Part shown: piece by piece, positions 23,307 to 38,136 of the stretch | How positions within the stretch are numbered: the first letter of the stretch is position 1 | How the letters are laid out: each line of letters begins with the position of its first letter | NCBI RefSeq assembly: GCF_000143415.4 | Contig: NW_003314328.1 | Location: 159,707 to 223,706, forward strand | DNA from: Selaginella moellendorffii | Lineage: Eukaryota > Plantae > Lycopodiophyta | Length of the DNA stretch: 64,000 nt | Reading direction: 5' to 3' | Program-made: the position numbers and the translations under genes | Notes under the pieces: model-generated | Databases searched by the model: none | Seen by the model: only the letters and a program-made list of their open reading frames with translations | What the model was told of the DNA's origin: nothing

Positions 23307-25960
23307 TATGCAACTACTACCAAAAGTTTATCAAACACTATTCGAAAGTAACCTTGCCCTTAATAGACCAAACGGGTAAAAGGAAGATGGTATGGACAGC
23401 AGAATGCAAAACGACATTTCTCCATCTCAAAGGGAAGTTGAGGAAGTTTCTGTGTTGGTGTTACCAAACTTTGGTAAGGACTTGCAGTAGAAATGGATGC
23501 TTCGGACTTTGCATTATGCACAATTTTGAAGCAAGACAACTATCCAGTGGTGTTCTTCTCGAAAAAGTTGGACAAGGCTCAACAAAAGTGGCCTACCCAT
23601 GAAAAGGAATTATTTGCAATGGTCAAGGTGCTCAAGGAGTGGCGACACTACCTTGGGAGGCACTTCAAAGTTTCAACAGATAATGTGGCAACAAACACTT
23701 CTTATCACAGCCCAACCTAAGAGGGAAACAAGGTCGGTAGGCCAATGCTTTGGCCGAGTTTGATTGTGAGATTCTGTATAAACCTGGGAAGAGCAACATC
23801 ATGGCAGATGCTCTAAGTTGAAAGGCAAGCTTGAAGTTGGCAATATCTAATGCAACAGCAATATTTTGGGATGATGTACAAACAACATATGAGAATGATG
23901 GTCTAACACAAAAAGTGTTACTGAGGAACAAAGAGGCATGAGAAGCTCACCAAAGAGGTGAGCTACCAATGGAAGTGAAAATAAGTTATGTGGAACGCAA
24001 TGGACTCATCTATTATAAACAAACGAGAGTGTATGTTCCAGAAGGGGAACTAAGGAAGGTAGCCTTAGAAAAGTGTCATGACAAACCTCTTGTGAGACAT
24101 GGTGTAGTGCCCAAGACGATAGGCTTACTCAAGAGGAAGTATCACTAGCCAGATATGGCTAAGGACGTCCAAGACTATGTAAAGACATGTCTAACATGTT
24201 AGCAAGTCAAAGCCGTGACTAAGGCTAGTGGGGGCTTGTTACAAAGCATCCCAATTCTAGATTGTTCGTGGAAATGTCTTATGATGGACTTCATCACAAG
24301 ACTCCCCCCAAGTGAGGGGTTTAATGTGATATTCGTGATGGTGGACTGATTTTCAAAGATGGCACATTTCATACCCACCACAACGGAAGTGGATGCGGAA
24401 GGAGTGGCGAAGCTGTTTTTTGAACAAGTGGTTTAAGTGCGGGGAAGGCCAGAAAAGATTCTCTCAAATCGAGAAAAGATCTTCACCAGTAGGTTCTAGA
24501 GAACTCTCTTGGAACAATATTGCACCAAGTTGAAATTCAGCACAACCTATCACCCACAGATAGGTGTTGGGTATTAAGTCAAATTGGATGGCACTAACAC
24601 TTCTTGATAGACGGATAAACGAAAAGGGTGAATAGGCAGTTGGAGGATTATTTGCGATGCTATGTCTTAGGAGACCAGATTGATTAGGTACGAAGTCGAG
24701 GTCATCCTCAATGCGTGCAAGAGCAAGCGACAAGGACGCGAGGTGAGAGAGTTCCATGTGAAGTGGAAAGAATTTCCACACTGCGAAGCAACATAGGAAC
24801 CGGAGGAGAATCTAGCGAACACGTGAGATCTAGTGGAGGAATTTCTACAAACTAAAACTCTATGTACTTATGCAAAGTTCAATTAAAGTATCAATTTGTG
24901 AAGTTGGGCAATGCTATATGTTGGGACCCGAAGGCACACCGAAGGTAAGCTAATTAACATGGGTTAGCTAGGTTGACCAAGCGTAAGGAAATACACCTGA
25001 CTCCCCACAGGGATGTCGAATCCATAGACGTATTCTATGGAGGTTGAGTTCGAGTCCCAACCCCCTAGTAAAGCAAGGCTGGGTTCAAGTCCCAACCCCA
25101 TACTAGGGCGTGGTGACTTGAGGCATATAGGGACACCTATATTCTGTTGTCATGGGCTCTTGGCTGGGGAGGCTAACTTAGACACATTGCTAAGTGGGTA
25201 AGTGGGGGGATGCCCTCGAAGCCATGGTCAACAAGTCGTAGGATAAAAAAAAAAAAGAGAGACATTTAATGTGGGCATCGAACTTCTTCTATGGGTGGTG
25301 GAGTTGTAAGGAACCAACTTCCTAAGTTATTATAGGCTAAAGGATCCCCGAAAGCACAACCGAAATGATAAAGAGTTCATCGGATGGGACCAAGTCTGAG
25401 ATCGAGTCCAAGACCAACTTTGTGACCAAGTTCAAAATAGAGTCTGGGATCAAGTCCGAGGCTGACTTCGAAACTGAGTTTGAGACCGAGTTCGAAACCG
25501 AGTTCGAGACAGAGTCCGAGATCCGAGATCGGGCCCGAGACCGAGTCTGAGGTCGAGTTCCAAATTGGGTCCAAGGTCGACTCTGAGATCGAGTTCGAAA
25601 CCGAGTCCAAGGTCGGGTCCGAGATCAAGTCCAAGATTGAGTATGAGACCGAGTCCGAGTACTAATATAGGTTGAGGGGTGAAAGCCCAAAGTGTGTGTC
25701 TCCCGGGGGAGGGGGGGGGCGGGGGGGGGGGTTGCAAGGGGTTCCAAAAGTATAATAGGGATAGTGAGGTCTAGGAATCAGTCTTGAAAGAACTCTTTAG
25801 TGGTGCTTCCAAACTGACTTGAGGTTGAGACTGGGGCCGAGAGACCTTGGGTGGGAGTGAGCATGGACTCAGGTGGTGCCGGAGGGGCCACCCATGGAAG
25901 TGCTCAAGAGCAGCTCCCACTCCCGGAAGGGAAACCGACTGTAGTGCTCTCTGCTTGAAA
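23307..25960 (+). mobile_element. chromodomain Gypsy element fragment (RT end, RNase H, integrase, chromodomain, 3' UTR, LTR start at ~25305)
   Basis: CNYYQKFIKHYS, MDASDFA, HEKELFAMV, YVKTCLTC and FSKMAHFIP motifs. Purine-rich tract then TGTAAG at 25305. Paralogous to 53321-53569 and 57110-58706 (minus). Confidence 0.8.
25385..25662. repeat. minisatellite of 6/12-bp units (GAGACC/GAGTCC/GAGTTC)
   Basis: Degenerate CCGAGTCCGAGA-type units inside the putative LTR. Confidence 0.8.
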
Positions 25961-28900
25961 TTGTCTAGTAGGCAAAATTTTATAAATTCTCTTTAAGTTT
26001 TAATACTCAAGATTTATGCCTAACTCGAATAAGCAAACTATCTCTACGTTTAGGAAGAATCTTGGTACTATTTTCTTTTTATATAGGTAACTCCATAAGA
26101 TATAAGTTTCACTTATACTATGTACTTATAAAGTAATCTAGGTGTAGTATCACACCTTCTTTGACAATAGTAAAAGTATCAAGAATCAAACTTCTATATA
26201 CCTTGAGTAAAATATTATCAAGTATTTCACTCAGTAATTCATCGTGCTATTTAAGCAATTTCATTAAATCTATCATTTTCTAGTCTAGTTAGGCATATAA
26301 GATAGTTTAGTTTTTGCTTTCTTATACTTTTGTTTAGTCATATAGAGTGGGGATCAACCAAATTTTGTCTGGGTCTATAAACAAAATATATTTTCTGATA
26401 GGTGTGGTGGGTTGTTAAATATTTTTATTTTTTCTACCCCAATTCCCCCCTTTAACTTTTATTAGGATAGTGGAAAGTCTTCAATCTTATGTGCATAAGA
26501 GGTCTTTCCCTTTTTGCCCATGTTTAGTGTGGTTAAAATTAATTCAGTGTATGATTTTTGACATGTGATAGCTAATTCCAAAGTAGCTTGCCTGCTTCAC
26601 AGTAGGTCTTACCCTCTGGCTTATATCCAACTTTGCTTTTACAACTGTGGAATTAGAAAAAGTGGTCTATTGCTCTTGGCAAATTTTAAGTAAACTAGAT
26701 CAACACTAGGGACTAATTTAAATGGGGTGTGGAGACTATTCCATGAAATTGCCCTATAAAATTAATATAAGAGTCAAATTGTCTAGCGCATAATAGCCTA
26801 TTCTAGATCAATTTGCTTGTAAAATGACATTAAGTAACTTTTCAAACATGTAATACCTAATTCATGAAAGACTTTGCTTCAGATCTAAACAAAAATTTCT
26901 TTTCAGGCAAATTTCTCTCTAGCCTCTTTGCCAACAAGCAATAATGGTCAATATAAGTCTTTGCTCAAGCTTGTATAATAGATTTTTGAGCTTTGCAATG
27001 TATTTCAGAATTTTTAGGAGTGTCTGAAGCTATTTCACCTTTTTAGACAAAACCCTTTTTTAATATCTCTAAACTTTTTCTAATTCTTTAAAGGTCAAAA
27101 TGATGGTAGTAATGTCTCCAAAACTAATGCTCACACCTAGCAATAAGCTCTATAACTCTCTGTTCTGTGTTTATAGCATGAAGCCTCTTAACTGCTTCGT
27201 CTGGCAAAAGCTCGATTAGCACATGAGGTGATCTATGTATTCCAAATGTAGGCAGAAATTGAGCTATAACTCTTACTAGAGTAGTTGTATAATTTTGCGT
27301 ATATGAAAAATTTTCACTATGTGATAATTCTCTCATGTAAGGAGGTATGTACACCTATTGATCACATCTCACAAAGGGTGGTTCACGCCTTGCAAAGGGT
27401 GTTTCACGTCTAAAGTGGTGAGTATTTCTCCTAGCAATTAAGCATCACTCAACTGATCTAAAAGGTGGATTTTTAAGCTTATTCACTTGTATATTTGCTC
27501 TTTGTCTATACTTCACTTTAGGGGATATGAGATATATTTCACGTGATTGCCCTTGATTCCTTCCTATGGGCCTAGATGTGATATGAGTGCTCTCAAAACC
27601 TATAGGAGAGTAACACTTTTCACATCGAGTAGTATTTGTAAACTCTCTATGTATAAGAGATGAGCTTTGATTAATTCGCCTAAGTGTATTAGGCATAGAG
27701 CAATTTAAATGGTTAGAGCAATTTGTGATAACAGTTTCTGAATTTTCAACTTGTGAGTCTTATTCAAGTCTTATAGGCTCTTGCAATATGCATAAGATAC
27801 TTAAACTTGCAACAAGTCTACTTTCAAACCGTGTCTAAATAATAGTCCAAGCTAAAAGATCTTGGATCAAAGGCTTGAGATAGCACAATGTTCTAATTAT
27901 GATCTTAGATTTATTAAAGCCTCATAAAATTTAGGTGAATAATTCCCCAATTTGTTCTTCACTAAGGCTAGCTTTAGCTCTCCTTAAGCTAGAGTTGAAG
28001 ACAAGAGTTATAAGTGCTCAATTTTTCTGCTTGTATATGCCTAGAAAAATTATGACACACTATTGAAAAATATGTCTAAAAACCCAAGTAAGAACTTGCT
28101 CAAAAGGAAAGAATTCTAAAATAGTTGATTATGTTTTCTATATCAAACAAACTCCATTCTTTTTTCTTTTGGATTTTTCTCAAGAAATTGCTAGCAAAAC
28201 AATTTAAACTTGAGTTTCTTGGCAATGTATACTATACTTCAATTTCAAACTCGTCCTGTGCTCTATAGCTTTAGTGATGGTTGAGAAACTATCTTTCTTG
28301 CATTGTTTGGGCACTAAGCCACTACAATCACAAAAAGAATTTTTTCCATTTAGTGTTGTTTGGGCTTGGGGCCTTTGCAATCACTAAAAAGATCTGCTTG
28401 TGATTTCTAATGTTGAGCATGCTTGGAATTCACAAATAATTTTCTCTTGGCTATTTTTCAAGCCAAAGAATGATGGTTTATCCCACCATAGTTGCCAAAA
28501 GTGAGTAAAGTTTTTTCTACCTGTACTTGCATTCTTGCCCTTGCTTGCAAAATAGTGACAAAACAAATAAAAACGAGAACGTAGAAGGAAAGACGAAGAA
28601 GAATGAGAGATATAGAAGAGAATAGAAAAGAACTCAACCTCAAACCCTAAAGGCGTGAGTAAGGATAAACATATATCACTCTTTTAACTCTACTTTGCAC
28701 AAACAATCATGAACGGGAGAAAAGATGGTTAATTCAATGCAAATGCATATAACAGTGACTGGGGAAAGTTTTTCAACACATCTAAGTGATATTTATATAC
28801 TACATGATTTTATAAACGTTCTTAACTGCTTCACACTTGTCTATAATGACCATTACCTAGATTGGATCTTTCTTCTTTGGATGCCTAAACTTAGGCGTAA

Positions 28901-29635
28901 CTCCATTTCGCTTAAATTTTCTTCTTTTGTTCTGTTTGGGATGATACACAAAATAAAACATTTACCTTTTCATCAGTTTTGCCCTACGAGCATAGTATGG
29001 TTTTGAGATCACATATGGGGGCTAGTAAATACCTCAAGTTAGGATAAGGACTTATAAAGGTTATGAGTGAGACTCTTCCAAGTGGTCAAAACTGTGGTTA
29101 AGTGATTAAAGTGGAATGAAAAATTTAATCACTTATAGATAGTTTACTGTATCTACCAAACACCCTCACTATTATGTTTCATGTGTTGATCACATTCAAT
29201 CCTATTAATTATTTATGAAAAGTATCTAGGTTTGCTAGTAAGGCATATCTATAGAATCTAGAGATTGTCTGAAACACAATGGTGTTATTCCTGTGTCTAT
29301 ATTCACAATTTAGTGCTATAGTAAGTTTTTATGATTGTCCCCTCGAAGATGGTCCTAGAAATAAATGTCACCTCAAGGTTGCAACTACTTGCTACTTTTT
29401 AACATCTTGCAATCTATATTCTACATGTTTTTATGCTTCATCTAGCTTGATATAAAACCATGGGTTAAACAATATAATATAAAACTATAGTGACATTTCT
29501 GATGGAGCAATGACTAATTAACCACTTGATAACCCTTAACCAATTGGAAAAAAAATGCATTTTTGTTCATAGGCATTTTCTCTCTATATTTAAACCCTTA
29601 TAAATCATTATTTTCTTTAGTTGTTTATAATTGTA

Positions 29636-29845
29636 ACACACTTTATCTCTCTCCCCTTAAGCCAACTATAAAAGGGGCAATTGCTTGATAAGGATCCATG
29701 GTGACAGTATATCCAAATCTCATCCCATGATTATATGCTTTAGCGCACTTTATCTCTCTCCCCTTAAACCAACTGCAAAAGGGGCAATTGCTTGATAAGG
29801 ATCCACAATGACAGTATATCCAAATCTCATCCCATGATCATATGT
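29636..29845. repeat. ~110-bp tandem duplication; related copy at ~43080-43230
   Basis: CACTTTATCTCTCTCCCCTTAA...GGGGCAATTGCTTGATAAGGATCCA...CTCATCCCATGAT occurs twice. Confidence 0.75.
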
Positions 29846-31060
29846 TTTATCAGATGTCAATGTCCTCATTAACTATTAACTAACAACCCCTACTGAGCCA
29901 AAGAGAACTAGCACCTTTATTTCCGCACTGAATCTACCAATCCTTCCATTGTGTAGATCAATTATTCCATGTGAGGCAACTAGTTATCCACCCATACTAC
30001 AGTCCTATGGTGGATACCTTCATCCGTGGATGCTCTACCAAGAGGAAGGACATATGCATAGATGCCCAATACATACGATTTCAAATTTAGGGGTAGGAAT
30101 ATACCTTGCTCAAGGGTATATTATATTTTTAAGTAACCACTAATCAATAAGAATTGAACCCATGCCATTTCGTCTGATACTGTCACAAATGTGACTTTGG
30201 GTATCGAAAGTTACTTGTTGGCCAATCCTTACGAACACTCTTTCATTACTGCCACGAGGGGGGGGGGGGGGGGGGGCTGTGGGCTGTGGGGGGTTCCAAA
30301 TGTATAGTAGGGATAGTGGGTAGGTTGGGCATAGTTAACCAACCTAAGGCATAGTCTAGCTCCCGCTTGCGTGTCTGTCTTTGTTTTGCGTCCGGCTTGG
30401 GTTTAAGCCCAAGTTTCATTCCATACTAGCTGGTGGAGTACCCATGTCCTTGCATTAAACCACCGGTATGCCGAAATAGCGCCAAACTCCATTTGGCTCC
30501 ATTTTGTGTGCTGATCCTAGCATTGGGATGCTGGTTATTCTAGGACTGTTCTAAGTCGCTTTGGGCTCCCGTCCCTTCACTCCTTGAGCTATATGCTCAG
30601 GAGTTGCTCCGTGGTCTAGTTCCGTCATTCCTTGGCTCCATGCTTGGGAGTTTGGCACCATTCCTTCGTTTAGTGGCCCAAGGCCCTGAACCTCAAGTTT
30701 CACACCACTGTCCTTTAGACACATGGCATATGACACGTGGCATGTGTCATGTGGCATAAAAAGGGTTTAGGTTCCACTTCGTGGTGTTATCCTATGGTAA
30801 ATCACCAGGATAAAGGGTCAAAACCACATGTACTACATTTGGTATCAGAGGATGAGTCTCGGTGAGTACGATGAGTCTTGGCGAATACTATCTAATGAGA
30901 TTGGGCAATTAGTCTCATTGCATATGCAGAGATGAAAACAATGATTCGAGCGGGTACACGTTTGGATGCAAAGGCTTCGCAATCGTTCCTTAGGATGGAT
31001 TTGAGGTGTTCCGTTTGCACAAGTTTACACTTGGGCTTATGAGTGAAGCACATTAGCAAC

Positions 31061-34000
31061 TGTCGCGAATGTGACTTCAGGTATCGAAAGTTACCTATCG
31101 ACTAGTCCTTACGGACACTCTTACCTTACTACCACGATGGCAGGAGGTCGGTATTGCTGGACCCTTTATTAGTCCCTCTTGTGCTAGTGGAGTTAACTGG
31201 GCATATCGAGTGTACTTAGACCGGACGAGCATAAGGACGGAATTCCTATGTGTTATTAGCTAAGCATACTTAGCCTGGTAAGGAGTTCCCGTCTCGTTAT
31301 GTCTTGCACTGGCTAGTGACAAGAACCCTCGCGTATTGAGATTAGTCCCTCAATATCGCTGGATGATAGCTTACCGTGTCTACTAAACACCCTCGCTATT
31401 ATGCCTTTTGTGTTAGTCTCATTTCGGTCCCAAATGCTATTTATAGAAAGTGTCCAGATTTGCTCATTTGGCATATCTACAGAATGTAGATATCGGCCTG
31501 AACACAATGGTGTTCGTCCCGTGTCCAAATTCGCAATCTAAGGACATTCTATATTTAGTAAGTTTCGATCCTGATACTAAGGGAGGCTTGGGGTGAAAGC
31601 CCAAAGGGTGAAAGCCCAAAAGGGGGGGGGGGGGGGGGGGGGCGGGCTGTGGGGGGTTCCAAATGTATAGTAGGGATAGTGGGTAGGTCAGGCATGGCCG
31701 ACCAACCTGAGGCATAGTCTAGCTCCCGCTTGCATGCCTGTCCTTGTTCTGCGTCCAGCTTGGGTCTAAGCCCAAGTTCCATTCCATGCTAGCTGGTGGA
31801 GTACCCATGTCCTCGCATTAAGCCACTGGTATGCCGAAATAGTGCTAGACTCCGTTTGGCTCCGTTTTACGTGCTAGTCCTGGCATTGGGATGCGGGTTG
31901 CTCCAGGACTATTCCAAGTCGCTCCGGGCTCCTGTCCCTTCGCTCCTTGGGCTGAATGCTTGGAAGTTGCTCCGTGGTTCGGTTCCATCACTCCTTGGCT
32001 CCATGTTTGGGAGTTTGGCACCGTTCCTTTGTTCAGTGGCCCAAAGCCCTGAACCTCGGGTTCCTATGGACACGTGGCATAGACATGTGGCATGTGACAC
32101 GTGGCATCTGTCACGTGGCACAAAGAGGGTTTAGGTTCCGCTTCGTGGTGTTATCCTATGGTAAATCACCATAAGATAAACGTGCGCTACATTTGGTATC
32201 AGAGGATGAGTCTCGGCGAGTACTATCCAATGAGATTGGGCAACTAGTCTCGTTGCATACGCAGAGATGAAAACGATGATCCGAGTGGGTACACATTTGG
32301 GTGCAAAGGCTTCGCAATCGTTCCTTGGGTATGGATTGGTTACCTTGTTGTACCATGTAATATGAGCTTGCTCTTGGGCTCATAAGAGACATTGAGTTGT
32401 TCCGTTTGCACGAGTTTGAGCTTGGGCTCGTGAGTGAGGCACATTAGCAACTTGAGGTTACACTTTGAGTTGGCAAGATTAATGTTAGCCTATCAGTGGT
32501 TCCATGACTTGTTCCAATTGGTTCCATGACTTGTTCCATGTATTATGGGAAAAAGTAAACCTTTCCTGGGTTTGCTATGAGTGGCAAATAGGCTGATCCA
32601 TAGCTGTTTAGCACGGCACTAGTGGATCCTTCCTAGGCATGGTTACAAGTGGATCAATCAAGACTGTAGGGATAAGTTTATTGATTTCAAGTAATTGTTG
32701 CTGTGCTCTCTCATAAACTTTTCTTGGATTGGACTGAAGGCAGTGCGAAAGCAAGCTTGAGGTTAAGTCAAAGATGAGACCGAAAAGAGAGTCATCAGGG
32801 ACGAAGGATCAAACACATAAATCATTTTCTCTTCTCAGAAAGATGATTTGCAACGAGATGTGACTCATTACTCGTGTTCACATTATGTAATCAAGAGTCT
32901 CTACCTTGATGCATGTTGGAAATGATAGTCTTACAAATGGTGAGTTATGGGATGGATAGCGGTGAAGCGCTAAACCATTTTGTCTAGGCTTACTATTGAA
33001 GACTTGTTGCAATGCTCAATTCTTTTCTGGGGAACCTTGCTATTACTCCTTGAGTAGCTTAGTGTTGGATTAGTTTTAAGTTTGGTCGGAAAGAGAGTGG
33101 CATGAGCTTGTCCGTGTTGTAAACAAATGTTAGTGGTGCTGAGTGTTGTAAATCTCTATCGGTGGAGTGTGGCATTTATGTTGCATTTGGTCGAATCGAG
33201 TTTGCACTTGATACTCATATAAACCTTTGAAGTAATGATATAGACATTGCTCGTGGTGTTGCTCAATTGATGATCAAATCATTGTGATACTTATATCATA
33301 TCCATGTGATAGTGAGCAATGTGTTTACGAAGTTGCTTGGGTAAACGATGATCAACCCCAAAGTGGTTGATAGTGAAGTTAGTCTACTTGTACGAAGTAA
33401 CATTGTAGTAGCTTTGACTAAATTCTTAATAGTGATCCATTATACTAAGCTTAAGTTGGTTCTTTGCTCCTTGAGGGTTTGCCCATTAGGTGTTGGAAAG
33501 GGTTATAGCAATCATTTGCTTTAACTTGTCGATTGTTCCGTTAGCACTTCGAGTAGATTATTGGATGGAGAAGGTGTGCAGTTGAGGCATTGATATCACT
33601 AGCACTTGTGTTAGTGGAGATGACATTGTTTTGTTGAGTAATGAAGAATTTTCCTTAGAGCTTGATTTTTCATGTCATTTTTCTTGTTAATGTTTTAGCT
33701 TCACATTGGATTTTGAAGGTGGTTGAAGAAAAGTGTTAATGCAATGTGAATATCCAAAGATGTGATCTTCGTGATCAAGCTTTAGATGTTCATTTTGCAT
33801 TTTGCGAATGTCGGTGTTGGATGTCGAAAAATGGGCACAAGATGTTCGATGCTTAAGCATACTATGGGTCATGAGAATTTGTGTTGAAGTGAATCTATGT
33901 GAAGTTGTTGGTAGGAGGAAGTTGGTTGAGTCTTGAACATTTGTATTTCTAGACTAAGAGTCATTCTTTCTCTAGGATGGAAAATTTTTCACAAATTTTC

Positions 34001-37000
34001 TTAGGCTTTTCCAATGGCTGATCTGTTGATCACTTTTTCCGAAAACTTTTCCATTTTCGTAAGCCAGTACAAACTAGTGAAGGGGTTAGAGTTAACTTCG
34101 GTTGGCTTAGACCTTAGTAAGTAGTTTGTATGATGCGGCCCGAAAGGGATGCTGACCTTTGAAGCTAAAGCAATTGAGTTGGATAAAGTCTGGAGTTGAT
34201 GTAGAAAAGTGGCCGTTGCACTTTTCTAAGAAAAGTGACCCTTGTGCCTTTCTTCTGTAGTGTTATGCTTGGTGGCAGGTTGCACCCTGCATTTTGTTAG
34301 ACTCTATGAGAGTAGTGAGCTCTTACTGATTTTGACTTGGTCTTGGTAGCCTTGCGCCTTGGCTAAGGATGGTGATGTCCAACTTAGTTGTTTATGGTGA
34401 GATGTTGGTACCCATACTATAGCTTTGTCTAAGTGGAGGTTGTGTACCGACATGAGTCCATCTCATGGTCTTCACTTGAATTTCGACTTAGTGTTGATCA
34501 CGTGTAGCTAGCCTCTTCAAGGCATGCTCAGAGCTATTGACTAGATGTGTTCGTGAGCATAGCACAGTTGAGTTGGATTCGAGTGGTCAATTAGTTTGTG
34601 CTTGTCTATGAACCTTTATCTCGTACCTGGGATATTACATTCATGTTGGCCAAGCATATAACTTAGTAGCGTGAGTTTAGTGTTTGGGTCTTGTGAAGGC
34701 AAGTTGAATAGTGATTGTTGGTTGCTTTGCGACTAGTGATTACTTGTAGACTTCGTCAAAGACCTCTAATACTTGCTTCACTCGATGAAGATTTAGTAGT
34801 GGTGGGCTTGCTTTACTAAATGGTGTTGTGGAGAATCGTGTCATTAAATTTACATGGGTTTTCCATGTTGGCATATTGATTCTACCTCCGTTGATATCAT
34901 TTGGTTGTGTTTAGTTCATGGTGTTGGATTTCATTGAGTCTTGGACGTGGTGAATCACTCCTTGATGATGTGTTATCTGTAACTGAGTATTGTTGAAGGA
35001 TTAGTCTCAGATACTGAGTAAAGTATCTTCGACTTTGGTTAGCTTAGTTGCTAGAGAGTTTTGAGTGGTGATTCACTCGTGCTTTCTTCTAGCTTTGTTA
35101 TGGTGTTGATGACATTGAAGTGATGCCTTGTTGTTGACAATATTGATGTTGAGATTCAAGTGAAATGAGATGTCTCTCTCTCTATTGATATTGAGTTTCA
35201 TTAGTCTCGATAGAGATAGTGTTGATGATTTGGTTGTAGCTTTATGTTGTTGGCAATCATGCATTTGCTAGTTAGCAACTGTGTTGATATTCAAACAAGC
35301 TGAGTGGCAAGTTTGAGTTAGTTGTGCTCTAGACAAGATTATTTAGTAGGGGTTGGGCTTTGGCTTTTCCTTGAAAAGTGATTCAGTCGTGGACTATGCT
35401 AACTCTACAAATGGAAGAGTTAGTAATTGATATTGGAATGTTTGAATCCTTATTGGATTTGAATTGGAATATATCAATCATTGATAATTCTTCTTGTGCT
35501 TGTTATTTAGTGAGTTACGTCTTGCTAAAAGATGGATTCATGGAGGATCGATTAGATGATCACTTGTTAAGCATAGCTTCGTTATGCTTAGCTTTTGGAT
35601 TGATGCAAATGTGCTCTTCATTAGCTTTGGCATTATGAAGTTTGACTTATGGATGTGTTGAGGGAGATATTGTGGATTGCACCATGATTTCTTCTTTAGC
35701 ATTGAAGTTAGTTCATGCGAGACTTGTGCTCATTGTTAGACAAGACTTAGCTATAGACTTCTTCGAGTTTTTAGTTCCTTGAGTTTTCATACTCATTGTT
35801 CCATTTGTTAGAAGTTGTTGGGGAAAGCATTTTAGCTCATTAGCTTCGATATTGAAGTTGGCTCTTGCATCTGGCGATCATTGGTGATGATTAACTATCA
35901 TCTTAGATAGTTGATTATCCTTGTCAAAGAGTTTTGTTTGGTTATTGTTGATATAGACTGAGTTGCTATTTTTCAGGATGGTAGATTCTTTCTTCAATGA
36001 TGATTATGCATCTCTTTCTTGATGGGATGATTGATGATCTTTCATAATAGTTAATTATTCTCTTTGATGGCTTTTGGCTTTTCGCAATACCACATGTTCT
36101 TTGTGGTTTGCTTTGGATTGGTTTTTTGGGTTTGAGATATCAATAAGATATTGCTGACACTTGCTTGAGCAACTCTGATTCCTTGGTATTGTTGGCTGGG
36201 ACCTATTCAGATTAGCTTTTGTGATAGTTGGCATGTATGAGTGTTTGTTGGTCTTACCACATTCATTCTATTGTGTTAATTGTTGCTTGAGTTAGTTCTG
36301 ATAGATTTGGATGTTATTTCCTTCGAGTGATACATTCGCGAGCATTTTGCTTGCCAGTCAATGATACTTGGTGTTCTTTGAGTTATCTTTCGTAAGTTGT
36401 TTGGCATACTATCTGCCATCTTTGGTAGTTAAGTTTAATCATTGAGTTTCCTTGGTGATATACTTGCTATTGAACTTTGTTGGATGGACCATCCTATGTT
36501 TCCAAAATGATGATCTTGGTGGTTCCTATCCTATAATACTAGTTTATCAGATGATAACTTACTTAGAATACTTTTGTGTTCTAATCTAAGACTTATTCAT
36601 TGATAATTAAGTCTCTCAAATATCATTGTCTATGACTTTGATATTGTCCATTTATTGATCTTTGAGTTTGGGCCAGTATAGGCAGACTGGCTTCGGCACT
36701 TCGTGTGCATGGTGAAATCTCTAGTCATGGGGTAGCTACTGTCGACTGGTCACATAACCCGCCTCTCTGTTGTTGTTCCTTATTCTGTTCAAAGGGCGTG
36801 ACCGTGTAAACAACTCTAACTGCCTGTTTACAGTAGTCTATCTAAACCTTACCGACGGGTTTGGTTTCTTTGCTCAGGGGGGTTAGGGCCTCTGGCTTCT
36901 CTCTCTATGTCCTTGCGAGCAGGGGCATATCACACTTTTGTAAGCTGGGTGACTCCCAGAGTAGCAAGGGTGGCTGACTCCGTTGGTCATTTCCTTGTCG

Positions 37001-38136
37001 GCGACGGTTGGAAGGTGTCTGAGTTGGTAGCGCATCCGCGTTAGACAAAGAGGTTACCCCTAACTTATTTAAGTCAGTGCATTTCTCATATAGTGTGATC
37101 ATCGTGAACTTTTTCTGGAGTTGTTTCCTTGGCGGTGGTCTAGACTCGAGTATGCATCGACGAGGACATCGATCTTCCCTAGGGGGGGAGAGTGTCGCGA
37201 ATGTGACTTCAGGTATCGAAAGTTATCTGTCGACTAGTCCTTACGGACACTCTTACCTTACTGCCACGATGGCAGGAGGTCGGTATTGCTGGACCCTTTA
37301 TTAGTCCCTCTTGTGCTAGTGGAGTTAACTGGGCATTTCGAGTGTACTTAAACCGGACGAGCATAAGGACGGAATTCCTACGTGTTATTAGCTAAGCATA
37401 CTTAGCCCGGTAAGGAGTTCCCGTCTCGTTATGTCTTGCACTGGCTAGTGACAAGAACCCTCGCGTATTGAGATTAGTTCCTCAATATCGCTGGATGATA
37501 GCTTACCGTGTCTACGCTGGATGATATCGCTATCATGCCCTTTGTGTTAGTCTCATTTCGGTCCCAAATGCTATTTATGAAAAGTGTCCAGATTTGCTCA
37601 TTTGGCATATCTACGGAATGTAGATATCGGCCTGAACACAATGGTGTTCGTCCCGTGTCCAAATTCGCAATCTAAAGACATTCTATATTTAGTAAGTTTC
37701 GAGCTTGTCTCAGAGACTAACTCCTGATACTAAGGGAGGCTTGGGGTGAAAGCCCAAAGCGTGGGGGGCGGGGCTGTGGGGGGTTCCAAATGTATAGTAG
37801 GGATAGTGGGTAGGTTGGGTATAGCTGACCAACTTGAGGCATAGTCTAGCTCCCGCTTGCGTGCCTGTCCTTGTTCTGCGTCCGGCTTGGGTCTAAGCCC
37901 AAGTTCCATTCCATGCTAGCTGGTGGAGTACCCATGTCCTCGCGTTAGGCCACTGGTATGCCGAAATAGCGCCAGACTCCGTTTGGCTCCGTTTTGCATG
38001 CTGGTCCTGGCATGGACATGTGGCATGTGACATGTGGCATCTGTCACGTGGCACAAAAAGGGTTTAGGTTCCATTTCGTGGTGTTATCCTATGGTAAATC
38101 ACCATAAGATAAAGGGTCAAAACCACGTGCGCTACA
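31061..38136 (+). mobile_element. inner full-length LTR retroelement of the same family
   Basis: LTRs 31061-32191 and 37193-38136, PBS TGGTATCAGAG after 32191, PPT AGGGGGGGAGAG at 37181-37192, TSD GCAAC/GCAAC. Confidence 0.92.

Noticed and set aside
25365-25737. Repetitive ORFs (ETEFETEF, LGLELG)
   Set aside because: Translations of a 6/12-bp minisatellite.
25960-30180. AT-rich region as a host gene
   Set aside because: No coherent ORF or exon chain; it contains traces resembling decayed LTR-element sequence (e.g. near 29260).
25703-31645. Long G homopolymers as G-quadruplex elements
   Set aside because: Variable-length runs within LTR copies, likely slippage or sequencing-prone; no independent support.
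30720-32120. ACGTGGCA/ATGTGGCA repeats in LTRs as members of the 22-bp palindrome family
   Set aside because: G-box-like repeats that lack the arm-N6-arm geometry.
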